Shown here: positions 27,594 to 36,489 of the stretch, piece by piece | How the letters are laid out: every line of letters begins with the position of its first letter | Position numbering within the stretch: position 1 is the stretch's first letter | NCBI GenBank assembly: GCA_038323715.1 | Contig: JBBQHF010000001.1 | Span: 1-43,548, forward strand | DNA: 43,548 nucleotides | Source: Patescibacteria group bacterium | GTDB lineage: Bacteria; Patescibacteriota; Patescibacteriia; Patescibacteriales; UBA12465 | Reading direction: 5' to 3' | Notes under the pieces: model-generated | The model's input: only the letters and a program-made list of their open reading frames with translations | What the model was told of the DNA's origin: nothing | Databases searched by the model: none | Program-made: the position numbers and the translations under genes

Positions 27594-28841
27594 ATGTTAG
27601 AAAATCTGCATCAAATTTTAAAAATTGTCGCGCGCGCCCTGCTTAGCAATAAAACAAGGAGTTTTTTAACCATGCTCGGTATAGTTATTGGCGTTGGGGC
27701 CGTAGTTTTAATAATCTCTCTTGGCGCTGGAGCGCAATTTTTAATTTTAGGTCAAGTTGATAGTTTTGGCAGTGATTTAGTGGGAATTTTACCTGGGCAA
27801 TCGGACGAGAAGGGTCCGCCAGCATCGGTTTTTGGTGTTAAGGTTACAACTTTAAAAGAAGCTGATACCGAAGCAATCAAGCAGGAAAAAAATGTGCCTC
27901 ACGTTGTGGCGGCCGTTTCTTACTATGATACTAACGTGAGCTCGTATTATAAAGATTTAAGTTATGACGCAAAATTAGAAGGTGTTAGCGGAGATTATTT
28001 AGAAGTAGAAAGGGCGGAATTAGATTACGGTCGTTTTTTTTCTAATGAAGAAATTAATTCGGCCACTGGCTTGGCGGTTTTGGGCAGTAACGTTGCTAAA
28101 GAATTATTTCCTAATCAGGATGCAATTGGAAAAAGAATTAAAGTTAAAAATCGTAATGCGCTGGTTGTGGGAGTTATGAAATCTAGGGGGCAGGCGGGAT
28201 TTTCTAGTCCGGATGATATGATTTTTTCACCGTTAGCATTTGCCCAAAAAGAAATTGCCGGTGTAAATTATATTAGTATGATAAGAGTGAAGGTCGATAA
28301 TGAACAAAATATTGATGAAGTTATGGAAGCAATTCGGCAAACATTACGCGAACGTCATGATATTAGTAATCCGGCCGATGATGATTTCTCGGTCCGTAGT
28401 TTTCGCGACGCCCTGAATGTTATTACTAATATTACTAATTCTCTACGTTATTTTTTAGCAGCTATGGCGGCGCTATCTCTTTTGGTGGGCGGAATAGGAA
28501 TTATGAACATTATGTTGGTTGGCGTTAAAGAAAGAACTAGAGAGATAGGCTTGAGAAAGGCTCTCGGCGCCACTGGTAAGCAGGTAAGACTTCAATTTCT
28601 ATTTGAAGCCATCGCTTTAACTTTAGTTGGCGGAACAATTGGATTAATGGGCGGCTCTTTGATTTCATATTTAATTTCTGTGGTGGTGAAGTCCTTGGGC
28701 TATGACTGGGCGTTTGTTATCTCTTTTTCTTCAATATTTTTAGCGCTTGGCGTTTCGGTTGTGATTGGAGTTATTTTTGGTTATTATCCCGCTAAGCAGG
28801 CCAGTCAATTAAATCCGATTGAAGCTCTTAGATATGAATAA
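27594..28841 (+). CDS. MacB/FtsX-family ABC permease
   Basis: RSFLTMLGIVIGV, GGIGIMNIML..VKERTREIGLRKALGA, PIEALRYE. Confidence 0.94.
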   Translation: MLENLHQILKIVARALLSNKTRSFLTMLGIVIGVGAVVLIISLGAGAQFLILGQVDSFGSDLVGILPGQSDEKGPPASVFGVKVTTLKEADTEAIKQEKNVPHVVAAVSYYDTNVSSYYKDLSYDAKLEGVSGDYLEVERAELDYGRFFSNEEINSATGLAVLGSNVAKELFPNQDAIGKRIKVKNRNALVVGVMKSRGQAGFSSPDDMIFSPLAFAQKEIAGVNYISMIRVKVDNEQNIDEVMEAIRQTLRERHDISNPADDDFSVRSFRDALNVITNITNSLRYFLAAMAALSLLVGGIGIMNIMLVGVKERTREIGLRKALGATGKQVRLQFLFEAIALTLVGGTIGLMGGSLISYLISVVVKSLGYDWAFVISFSSIFLALGVSVVIGVIFGYYPAKQASQLNPIEALRYE

Positions 28842-30081
28842 TTTTATACAAAAAATACAGACCGCTTTTGAACTTGCTTGGCGCTCTTTACGTCTTAATA
28901 TTCTTAGAACTAGTTTGACGGTTTTGGGTGTTGTTATTGGCGCCGCTGCAATTATTATTGTTTTCTCAGCTGGCGATGGAGTGAGCCAATTAATTCTTGG
29001 AGAAATACAGTCTTATGGGACTGATATTATCCAAACAGAAGTTAAGGTCCCCAGCTCAAAAAATAGTTTTTCTAGTGGCGAAGTCACGACACTAAAGATT
29101 GCGGACATGGAGGCGGTTAACAGGATTAGGAATGTGCAGGATAGCTATGCCGCCTCACTAGGACAGCAAAAAGTTAGTTTTAATAATGAGAGTAAAAAGG
29201 TATTTTTATTTGGCGTGAGCGCCGCGTATCAATTTATAGATAAAAAATCTAATTTATCAGAAGGTACTTTTTTTACCGAAGAAGATGACAGGAGTCAGGC
29301 CTTGGTAACCGTACTGGGAAGTAAATTAAAAAATTATCTTTTTAATGATCAGCCAGCGGTTGGTAAATCTGTTAAAATTGGTAATCAAAAATTCAGAGTC
29401 GTTGGGGTTTTAGAAGAACAGGGAGGATCGTTTGGACCGATGGATTTTAATGATATGGCTTATTTGCCCATTGGGACCCTACACCAGAAAATATTAGGAA
29501 TAGATTATGCCATGTATTTTATTCATCAGTTAAAAGATGTTAACTTGGCTAATGAAACCGCCGAAGAAATTAGGCAACTAATTCGTGAGCGGCATGAAAT
29601 TACTGATCCTGCTAAAGATGATTTCAGGGTTTCCACTATGGAGGAAATGATTAAAACTTTAGGAACTGTTACTGATGCCGTTACCTATTTGTTGTTAGCC
29701 ATCGTACTAATTTCTCTTTTGGTGGGCGGAGTGGGGATCATGAATATAATGTATGTCACAGTAACGGAAAGAACTCCAGAAATTGGCTTGCGCAAGGCTC
29801 TCGGAGCGACAAAATCTGATATTGCTTACCAATTTTTATTTGAGGCGGTGATGATAACTTTTTGGGGGTGGCTCCTAGGAACAATTATTGGTTTGTTAGC
29901 CGCGTACGGCCTCAGTTTAGTTGCAAATTATGCCGGACTTTCTTGGAATTTTAGCTTCCCCTTTCAGGGGGTTTTTATATCATGGATATTTTCTTTGGGT
30001 TGCGGTCTATTATTTGGTTTAAGACCGGCGCGCCAAGCTTCAAAGTTAGAACCGATTGTTGCCCTAAGGGCGGAGCAATAA
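28834..30081 (+). CDS. MacB/FtsX-family ABC permease (second paralog)
   Basis: RTSLTVLGVVIG, GGVGIMNIM..VTERTPEIGLRKALGA, PIVALRAE; likely start ATG 28834. Confidence 0.94.
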   Translation: MNNFIQKIQTAFELAWRSLRLNILRTSLTVLGVVIGAAAIIIVFSAGDGVSQLILGEIQSYGTDIIQTEVKVPSSKNSFSSGEVTTLKIADMEAVNRIRNVQDSYAASLGQQKVSFNNESKKVFLFGVSAAYQFIDKKSNLSEGTFFTEEDDRSQALVTVLGSKLKNYLFNDQPAVGKSVKIGNQKFRVVGVLEEQGGSFGPMDFNDMAYLPIGTLHQKILGIDYAMYFIHQLKDVNLANETAEEIRQLIRERHEITDPAKDDFRVSTMEEMIKTLGTVTDAVTYLLLAIVLISLLVGGVGIMNIMYVTVTERTPEIGLRKALGATKSDIAYQFLFEAVMITFWGWLLGTIIGLLAAYGLSLVANYAGLSWNFSFPFQGVFISWIFSLGCGLLFGLRPARQASKLEPIVALRAEQ

Positions 30082-30090
30082 TCCGGGCGG

Positions 30091-30117
30091 AATGAAGAAA
30101 AATCTTAATTTTACGTA
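30091..30117 (+). promoter_or_regulatory. Putative ECF-sigma promoter (autoregulatory)
   Basis: aaTGAAGAaa...CGTA (TGAAGA-N15-CGTA); same motif and spacing at 31558-31584. Confidence 0.6.
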
Positions 30118-30145
30118 ATATTTATAACAGCCTTTAATTCGGTTT

Positions 30146-30727
30146 ATGATAGAGATTTTAGATTTTGCACAAAAATCAGATGAAGAATTGGTCAATATAG
30201 TTCTGGAGAATCAGAATGCTTTTTCGCATATAGTTAATCGTTATCAAGAAAAATTATTGCGTTATATAAGGAGAATCTCAAGCGTGAGTCTAGAGGAAGC
30301 TGAAGATATATTACAAAATATTTTTATAAAGGTGTATCTTAATCTTAATGAATTTGACGATGGTTTAAAATTTTCATCATGGATATATCGTATTGCTCAT
30401 AATGAAGTTATTGATAATTATCGTAAGCGGAAAGCTCGCCCCCAGATTATTGACGTAGATATAAAAGATAGCCAAATTAAAGAATTGGCGGGGGATGGTA
30501 ATATTATTGAAGATCTTACCCGCGCTGAATTAAAACAGGAAATATCATTAGCTTTGGGGAAATTAAGCTTGAAATATCAAGAAATTATAATTTTAAAATA
30601 TTTAGAAGAAAAGGATTACCGAGAAATATCAGATATTATTAAAAAACCACTAGGAACGGTTGCTTCCAGGATGAACAAGGCTAAAGCGGAATTAAAAAAA
30701 GTTATGGCAGAGAAAAAAATAAATTAA
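30146..30727 (+). CDS. ECF RNA polymerase sigma factor (SigW-like)
   Basis: EAEDILQNIFIKVY, FSSWIYRIAHN..IDNYRK, region 4 YREISDII..PLGTVASRMNKAK. Confidence 0.93.
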   Translation: MIEILDFAQKSDEELVNIVLENQNAFSHIVNRYQEKLLRYIRRISSVSLEEAEDILQNIFIKVYLNLNEFDDGLKFSSWIYRIAHNEVIDNYRKRKARPQIIDVDIKDSQIKELAGDGNIIEDLTRAELKQEISLALGKLSLKYQEIIILKYLEEKDYREISDIIKKPLGTVASRMNKAKAELKKVMAEKKIN

Positions 30728-30731
30728 ATAT

Positions 30732-31562
30732 ATGGAAGATAATAAATTTGAAAATAAAATATTAGAGAAAATAAAAACGAGTCATATAACACCTACTTCT
30801 CGTTGGCATTTTGTTTTAAAGAATTATCTGATTTGGCTATCTGGATCCTTGGCGCTGATTGCTAGTGGCGCCGCTATTTCAATCATGGTTTATTTTTTTA
30901 ATTATAATGACATTAGCTTAAGGGGCCAAATAAATAAAAGTTTAGCGGAAATGCTTTTACTAACTCTGCCTTATTTGTGGATAGTTTTTCTTAGTATTTT
31001 CATTTTCATTGTTTATTTTAATTTAAAGCATACAAAAAATGGCTATCGCTATCCTATTTGGCTAATTGCTGTTTTAGCTTTTGCGACAAGTATATTTTTA
31101 GGTGGAATATTTACTTTTGCTGGTTGGGGAGAGAAAATAGATGAGACGCTAGAGCAAGGCGCGCCTCTTTATAGTGAAGTCATGAACCCTCATCTAGATT
31201 TTTGGTCTAACCCCCAAGAAGGCCGTTTAATGGGGGTGGTTATTTCTGATGTTGAAAATGGTGAATTTAATTTGGTTGATAAGGACCAGAAAGAATGGTC
31301 AATTTCATTAAATTCAGAGGAAATAATTGAAACACCAATTGGGATTGCGCAGCCGGTAAAAGTTTTGGGGGAGCAAAAATCTGAAGACGTTTTTGAGGCA
31401 ACGCTTATTTTGCCAGTTATGCCCGGAAGAGGTTTTTTCAAAAGAATGAGGCCAGATTTATTATTACCCCCATTAGATAATGAGAATGTGCCAATGTTTG
31501 AAAATAACAACAATGAAGACCGGGGTGGTGGCGGGTCCAAAATGTATAAAAATATTAAATGA
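30732..31562 (+). CDS. Membrane protein, putative anti-sigma factor
   Basis: Starts 4 nt after the sigma gene; short cytoplasmic N-terminus, 3 TM segments, C-terminal soluble beta-rich domain. Confidence 0.6.
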   Translation: MEDNKFENKILEKIKTSHITPTSRWHFVLKNYLIWLSGSLALIASGAAISIMVYFFNYNDISLRGQINKSLAEMLLLTLPYLWIVFLSIFIFIVYFNLKHTKNGYRYPIWLIAVLAFATSIFLGGIFTFAGWGEKIDETLEQGAPLYSEVMNPHLDFWSNPQEGRLMGVVISDVENGEFNLVDKDQKEWSISLNSEEIIETPIGIAQPVKVLGEQKSEDVFEATLILPVMPGRGFFKRMRPDLLLPPLDNENVPMFENNNNEDRGGGGSKMYKNIK

Positions 31563-31584
31563 AGAAATATTTTTTATTCGCGTA
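31558..31584 (+). promoter_or_regulatory. Putative ECF-sigma promoter
   Basis: aaTGAAGAaa...CGTA (TGAAGA-N15-CGTA). Confidence 0.6.
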
Positions 31585-31672
31585 TTAATTAGTGCATGGG
31601 GGGTTAAGATCTTAAACTGTAAACTAATTAATTTAAAGCGATGATTACAAACATTGCACATAAAACAAAAAT

Positions 31673-32149
31673 ATGAAAAAAGATAATTTAATAAAAGGAG
31701 CTGCAGTTTTTGGTGCTTTAGCGCTGATGGCTGGAGGTGTAGTAGCCGCAGATGCTGCCACCAATAGATCCTTTACTAATAATTTAAATAAGGATGGTAA
31801 TTTTGAACACGGCAGAATGATGGGCCAAGGTAACGGTCTCGGAAAAAATGCTAGTTCAACCGAAGTTCAGAAAGCTAGAGAAGATAGACAGGCTGAAATG
31901 GAAACCAGAAAGGCCGGAGTTGAAGCTGCTATAAAAGCTGGGAGTTATACTGATTGGGTAGCAGCCATGGGGACTGATAATCCTATTATTACTAAAGTAA
32001 CTGAAGCTAATTTTGCTGAATTTTCTAGAGCTCATAATTTGATGGAGGAAGCTAGAGCAATTTTTGAAAGTATTGGCGTAGATAATGGAAACGGAAATGG
32101 CGCCGGCATGGGAAGAGGCCTTGGTCTCGGACACATGTTTAATAAATAA
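31673..32149 (+). CDS. Secreted helical protein with Gly/Met-rich termini
   Basis: Signal peptide; 'HGRMMGQGNG' and 'GNGAGMGRGLGLGHM' flank a helical core. Confidence 0.75.
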   Translation: MKKDNLIKGAAVFGALALMAGGVVAADAATNRSFTNNLNKDGNFEHGRMMGQGNGLGKNASSTEVQKAREDRQAEMETRKAGVEAAIKAGSYTDWVAAMGTDNPIITKVTEANFAEFSRAHNLMEEARAIFESIGVDNGNGNGAGMGRGLGLGHMFNK

Positions 32150-32181
32150 AATATCTTTGTTAGGAAGGATATATCGTGGGG

Positions 32182-32214
32182 AAAGGCGTCGCTTGATAAG
32201 CGGCGTCTTTTTTT
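32182..32214 (+). terminator. Intrinsic terminator
   Basis: AAAGGCGTCGCTT-gat-AAGCGGCGTCTTT plus T-run. Confidence 0.8.
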
Positions 32215-32278
32215 GTTTTTAAAAAGTCTCAACTTATGTTAAGATTTTAGTATGACTAAGTTAACTTAACTTAATATA

Positions 32279-34906
32279 ATGGAAAAAGTATTTTTTTATA
32301 AATTATCGGTTAACGCCATTTTTAAAGAATTAGCGTCTTCTAGCACAGGGCTTACTAATGCCGAAGCAGCTAAGCGTTTAAAAGAAAATGGTTCCAATAT
32401 TTTGCCTCGGGAAAAAGCCTTAACTGGCTTGAAATTATTTTTAGGACAATTTAAGAATCCTCTCATTTTTATTTTAATTGCCGCTTTTGCTATTAGTTTG
32501 TTGGCTGGCCATGGCAGCGATTCTCTTATTATTTTAATTGTAGTACTGGTAACTAATACGGTTGGATTTTTGCAAGAATGGAAGGCAAATAATGCTTTAG
32601 CGAAATTAAGCGGCGCAGTTTCTTATAAAGTGAGAACCTGGAGAGATGGAGAGTTAGTTATTGTTGATAGAGAAGATTTGGTTATTGGCGACGTTATTCA
32701 ACTCGCGGCGGGAGACGTTATCCCAGCTGATGCGAGAATATTCTTGGCTAAGAATTTAAAAATTAGTGAGGCCCCTTTAACGGGAGAATCTTTGCCGATT
32801 GAAAAAGGTGAACAAGAATTAAAAAAGAATTTGCCTTTAGCTGAAAGAACTAACATGGCTTATCAGGGCACAGTCATTGTTGATGGTTCCGGGCAAGCGA
32901 TTGTAACGGCTATCGGTTCAGATACAGAAATAGGACAAGTCGCTAAATTAATTAAAGAAACGGGGGACACTTTAACCCCCCTTCAGGAACAAATTAATAA
33001 GTTCGGTGTAAAGTTGGGGCTCTTTTTGATTGCGGCTAATGTCGTTATCTTTTTAATTGGGGTTATTTCTGGTCGTGATATTTTTGAGATGTTTATGGTA
33101 TCGGTGGTGATTGTTGTATCGGCTGTTCCCGAAGGACTTATTCCGGCGATGACAATTATTTTAGCGATTGGAATGCAGCGGTTAGCTAAGAAAAAAGGTT
33201 TAGTTAGAAGAGCGATTGCTGCTGAGACCTTAGGTTCCGTATCGGTCATTTGCGCTGATAAAACAGGGACGCTTACTCAGGGAGAGATGATGATCGATAA
33301 GTTAATTTCTTATGGTAAAAATTCAAAAGTAACTAATCAATCATTAGCTTTAAAGATCGGGGTGATTTGTAATAATGGCTTGATAGAAAATCCTGGAGAT
33401 AAAATGGATAATCTGGAGGTGTCGGGAAATCCTACTGATAAAGCTTTGTTATTGGCAGGCGCCGCATTAGGTATGTACCGTAAAGAATTAGAAGTTGTTG
33501 AAGCACGTTTAGATGAAATTGCTTTTTCTTCCGATTTAAAAATGATGGCCACGCTAAACAAAACGGCGACCGGAGGAGAAATAATTTATATAAAGGGTGC
33601 GCCAGAAAAGATCCTTGGATTATCAATCATGGTTGATGTCAATGGAAAAACAAAAAAAATTCAAAGTAAAGATAGGGAAGACTTTGTAAAACAAATTAAT
33701 GAATTTACTGGCACCGGGAAGAGAATGATAGCCTTAGCATACAAGAATAGGGTTAATTTAGAAGATAAGGGGCTCACTGTTACTGAATTGAAGGATTTAA
33801 CATTGGTGGGATTTTTTTCTTTACGTGATCAAATCAGAAATGATGTTAAGCAAGCAATTCAAGCTTGTCGCGAAGCGAGTATTAGAGTGGTTGTTATTAC
33901 GGGCGACCATGCTCAAACAGCGATATCTATTGTGAGAGATCTTGGTCTTGAGATAAACAATCATAATGTGATGGATGGAGAGACTCTTGATAAAATTAGC
34001 GACAAAGAACTCAAGGCTAGAATTAAAGATATCCGTCTCTACGCGCGCGTAAGTCCACATCATAAATTAAGAATTGTAACTGCTCTTCAGGAAATGGGAC
34101 GCGTGGTGGCGATGACGGGAGATGGGATTAATGATTCGCCGGCCCTAAAGAAGGCTGATATCGGGGTCGCTGTTGGTAACGGCACCGACGTTGCCAAAGA
34201 GTCGGCCGATTTAATATTACTTGATAATAGTTTTCTAACTATTGTTGAGGCCGTTAAACAGGGAAGGATAACCTTCAATAATATTCAGAAAGTAATTTTA
34301 TATTTATTTACTGACTGTTTTCAGGAGATGATTATAATTGGGACCACGGTCATTTTGGGTTGGCCCTTACCTATTTTGCCGGTTCAAGTTTTGTGGATTA
34401 AATTAATTGAAGATCCTTTACCAGCTGCTAGTCTGGCGTTTGATTTGTCAGATGATGATGTTATGAAAGATAAACCTAGACATAAAAATCAGCCGTTTTT
34501 GACGGCTGGATTACAAAAAATAATTGCTTTTTATGCGGTTATAATGGACGTGATGGCTCTGTCCCTATTCTATTATTATTTTAAAGTGGTTGGCGATATT
34601 GATTTAGCGAGAACGGTGATGTTTGCCACCTTAGGTCTAAGTACCATGTTTTATATTTATGCCGTTAGGAGTTTGAAAAAAAGCATCTTTAAGAGTAAAC
34701 CATTCGCTAATCGTTTTCTGATGGCCGCTACTTTTCTGGGAGCCTTGTTAATATTTGTGTCAGTGTATTCTCCGATGTTAAATAGATTATTAAAAACTGT
34801 CCCCCTATCAATCATGGATTGGGTACCAGCCATTCTATATGGAGTAATAGGCGTAGTTATTTTTGAAATCGGAAAAAAAATATTTTGTGAAAAAAAGAAT
34901 TGCTAG
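32279..34906 (+). CDS. Cation-transporting P-type ATPase (type II-like)
   Basis: TGES, PEGL, DKTGT (D327), KGAPE, TGDH, TGDGINDSPALKKADIG. Confidence 0.93.
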   Translation: MEKVFFYKLSVNAIFKELASSSTGLTNAEAAKRLKENGSNILPREKALTGLKLFLGQFKNPLIFILIAAFAISLLAGHGSDSLIILIVVLVTNTVGFLQEWKANNALAKLSGAVSYKVRTWRDGELVIVDREDLVIGDVIQLAAGDVIPADARIFLAKNLKISEAPLTGESLPIEKGEQELKKNLPLAERTNMAYQGTVIVDGSGQAIVTAIGSDTEIGQVAKLIKETGDTLTPLQEQINKFGVKLGLFLIAANVVIFLIGVISGRDIFEMFMVSVVIVVSAVPEGLIPAMTIILAIGMQRLAKKKGLVRRAIAAETLGSVSVICADKTGTLTQGEMMIDKLISYGKNSKVTNQSLALKIGVICNNGLIENPGDKMDNLEVSGNPTDKALLLAGAALGMYRKELEVVEARLDEIAFSSDLKMMATLNKTATGGEIIYIKGAPEKILGLSIMVDVNGKTKKIQSKDREDFVKQINEFTGTGKRMIALAYKNRVNLEDKGLTVTELKDLTLVGFFSLRDQIRNDVKQAIQACREASIRVVVITGDHAQTAISIVRDLGLEINNHNVMDGETLDKISDKELKARIKDIRLYARVSPHHKLRIVTALQEMGRVVAMTGDGINDSPALKKADIGVAVGNGTDVAKESADLILLDNSFLTIVEAVKQGRITFNNIQKVILYLFTDCFQEMIIIGTTVILGWPLPILPVQVLWIKLIEDPLPAASLAFDLSDDDVMKDKPRHKNQPFLTAGLQKIIAFYAVIMDVMALSLFYYYFKVVGDIDLARTVMFATLGLSTMFYIYAVRSLKKSIFKSKPFANRFLMAATFLGALLIFVSVYSPMLNRLLKTVPLSIMDWVPAILYGVIGVVIFEIGKKIFCEKKNC

Positions 34907-34934
34907 GAATATCTTTTTAACTTATTTTTCTTAG

Positions 34935-36290
34935 TTAACGTAAATCAGTCTCATTATCAACAATTAAAAATTGACCAGTATACATTCCCATAGAGCAGGA
35001 GAATTTAATATCTCCTGTTTTATTTGGGGTAAATTCAAAAATATTTTCGCCGGGAGTTAATTGGGCTTGTATTTTCAATGCTGGGACGACTAGAGCACTC
35101 GCGCAAGAATAAGGAGCTTCCGCTGAGATTATCCATTTAACCGGTTGGTCTTTTAAGAGCGTAAACTTATCCGGTACGTAGCCTTGAGTGGTTTCTGACA
35201 TGCGAATAATTCTAACGCCATTTTCTATTTCTATTCCTGATATTTTTTTAGAATTAATTTCTTTTGATTTTAACTGATAGCCCGATTGGTCTGTAAATGG
35301 TGAAGCAATTTTAAATAAACGGAAGCCATTTACTAAATTAAATAATCCAAAAGCAATTACAACTATGCCCGCGATAACAAAAAAGTTTTTTGATTTCTTT
35401 TTCCCCAAGATAGCATTAATGCCGCCCAACCCAAGCAGCCCCGGAGCAGTGCCAAGCGCAAAAAGTGCCATGATTATTCCTCCTTCAAAAAAGTTCCCTG
35501 TGCCTAGAGCATAAATTTGCATCGCTTGTGTAAATCCGCAAGGTAAGAAAAAAGTTAAGGCGCCCAGAAGTAGTGGGTTATTAATTTTAATAATGTTGCC
35601 AAATTTTTTAGGTAAAGAAAAATCAAAATTGTTTAGAGCTGGGAAAATTTCTAATAACTTTAAGCCAAGGGTAAAAATTACCAAGCCGATTATTATCGTG
35701 ATTATAGAATTAAGAATCACCGACATTTTAAAAGCTGAGCCGAGAACACCCAGCAGTCCTCCTAGTAGAAAGAAGCCAAGAATACGTCCAGAGTTAAATA
35801 ATATGTGGGGCCAGAATTTTTGTTGGCTGCTGGCCTCTGGATGATTTTTAGCATAATTAGCGGCGAGGCTAAAAACTAATCCGCCAACTAATGCTAAACA
35901 AGTTGAAACTCCTGCGATTAAGCCCACAATGATTGCTAAGGGCCAGGAAAAATCTCCACTTATAAAACTACCCATGTCCAATACATTTGACTTATTTATG
36001 AGCCAATAAACTATTAGGACCGAGGTAATAATGGTTATAAAATAGCTAAAATCTTTTTTATCTTTTTGACTATTATTTTCAGTGCCAATTTCATATCCAG
36101 CTTTCTTTAGGCTAGAACTTATTTCTGTTATTGTTGGCCTGTCTCCTTCATAAGTTATTTCGGCTAATCCCGTATGATGATTTACGTTTACGTTTACAAT
36201 ATTTTTTATTTCTTTAAGGGCGTCCTCAGTTAATATTTCACAAGCCTTGCAGTGTAAGCCCTTTACAGGGATGCTTATATTTTTTGTCAT
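34935..36290 (-). CDS. HMA domain + DsbD_2/TauE-like membrane domain + cupredoxin-like domain protein
   Basis: GLHCKAC; TCLALVGG, GRILGF, FLPCGF; C-terminal C...FSCSMGMY. Confidence 0.85.
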   Translation of the reverse strand: MTKNISIPVKGLHCKACEILTEDALKEIKNIVNVNVNHHTGLAEITYEGDRPTITEISSSLKKAGYEIGTENNSQKDKKDFSYFITIITSVLIVYWLINKSNVLDMGSFISGDFSWPLAIIVGLIAGVSTCLALVGGLVFSLAANYAKNHPEASSQQKFWPHILFNSGRILGFFLLGGLLGVLGSAFKMSVILNSIITIIIGLVIFTLGLKLLEIFPALNNFDFSLPKKFGNIIKINNPLLLGALTFFLPCGFTQAMQIYALGTGNFFEGGIIMALFALGTAPGLLGLGGINAILGKKKSKNFFVIAGIVVIAFGLFNLVNGFRLFKIASPFTDQSGYQLKSKEINSKKISGIEIENGVRIIRMSETTQGYVPDKFTLLKDQPVKWIISAEAPYSCASALVVPALKIQAQLTPGENIFEFTPNKTGDIKFSCSMGMYTGQFLIVDNETDLR

Positions 36291-36489
36291 ATTTTTATTT
36301 TAAAACCATTACTTATGGTATTGGTGATAGAATTATATCTTAACAAGATTTCAGCGTCAAACCATTAACCAGGTTAATAATAGGGCAATTTTGAGTATTG
36401 ATTTTTTTTATTAATTATGGCATTATTATATGTACATAATCTAGGTTTTTAGCTAATAAAGATTAAAATATATAAGATAGAAAATAAAT

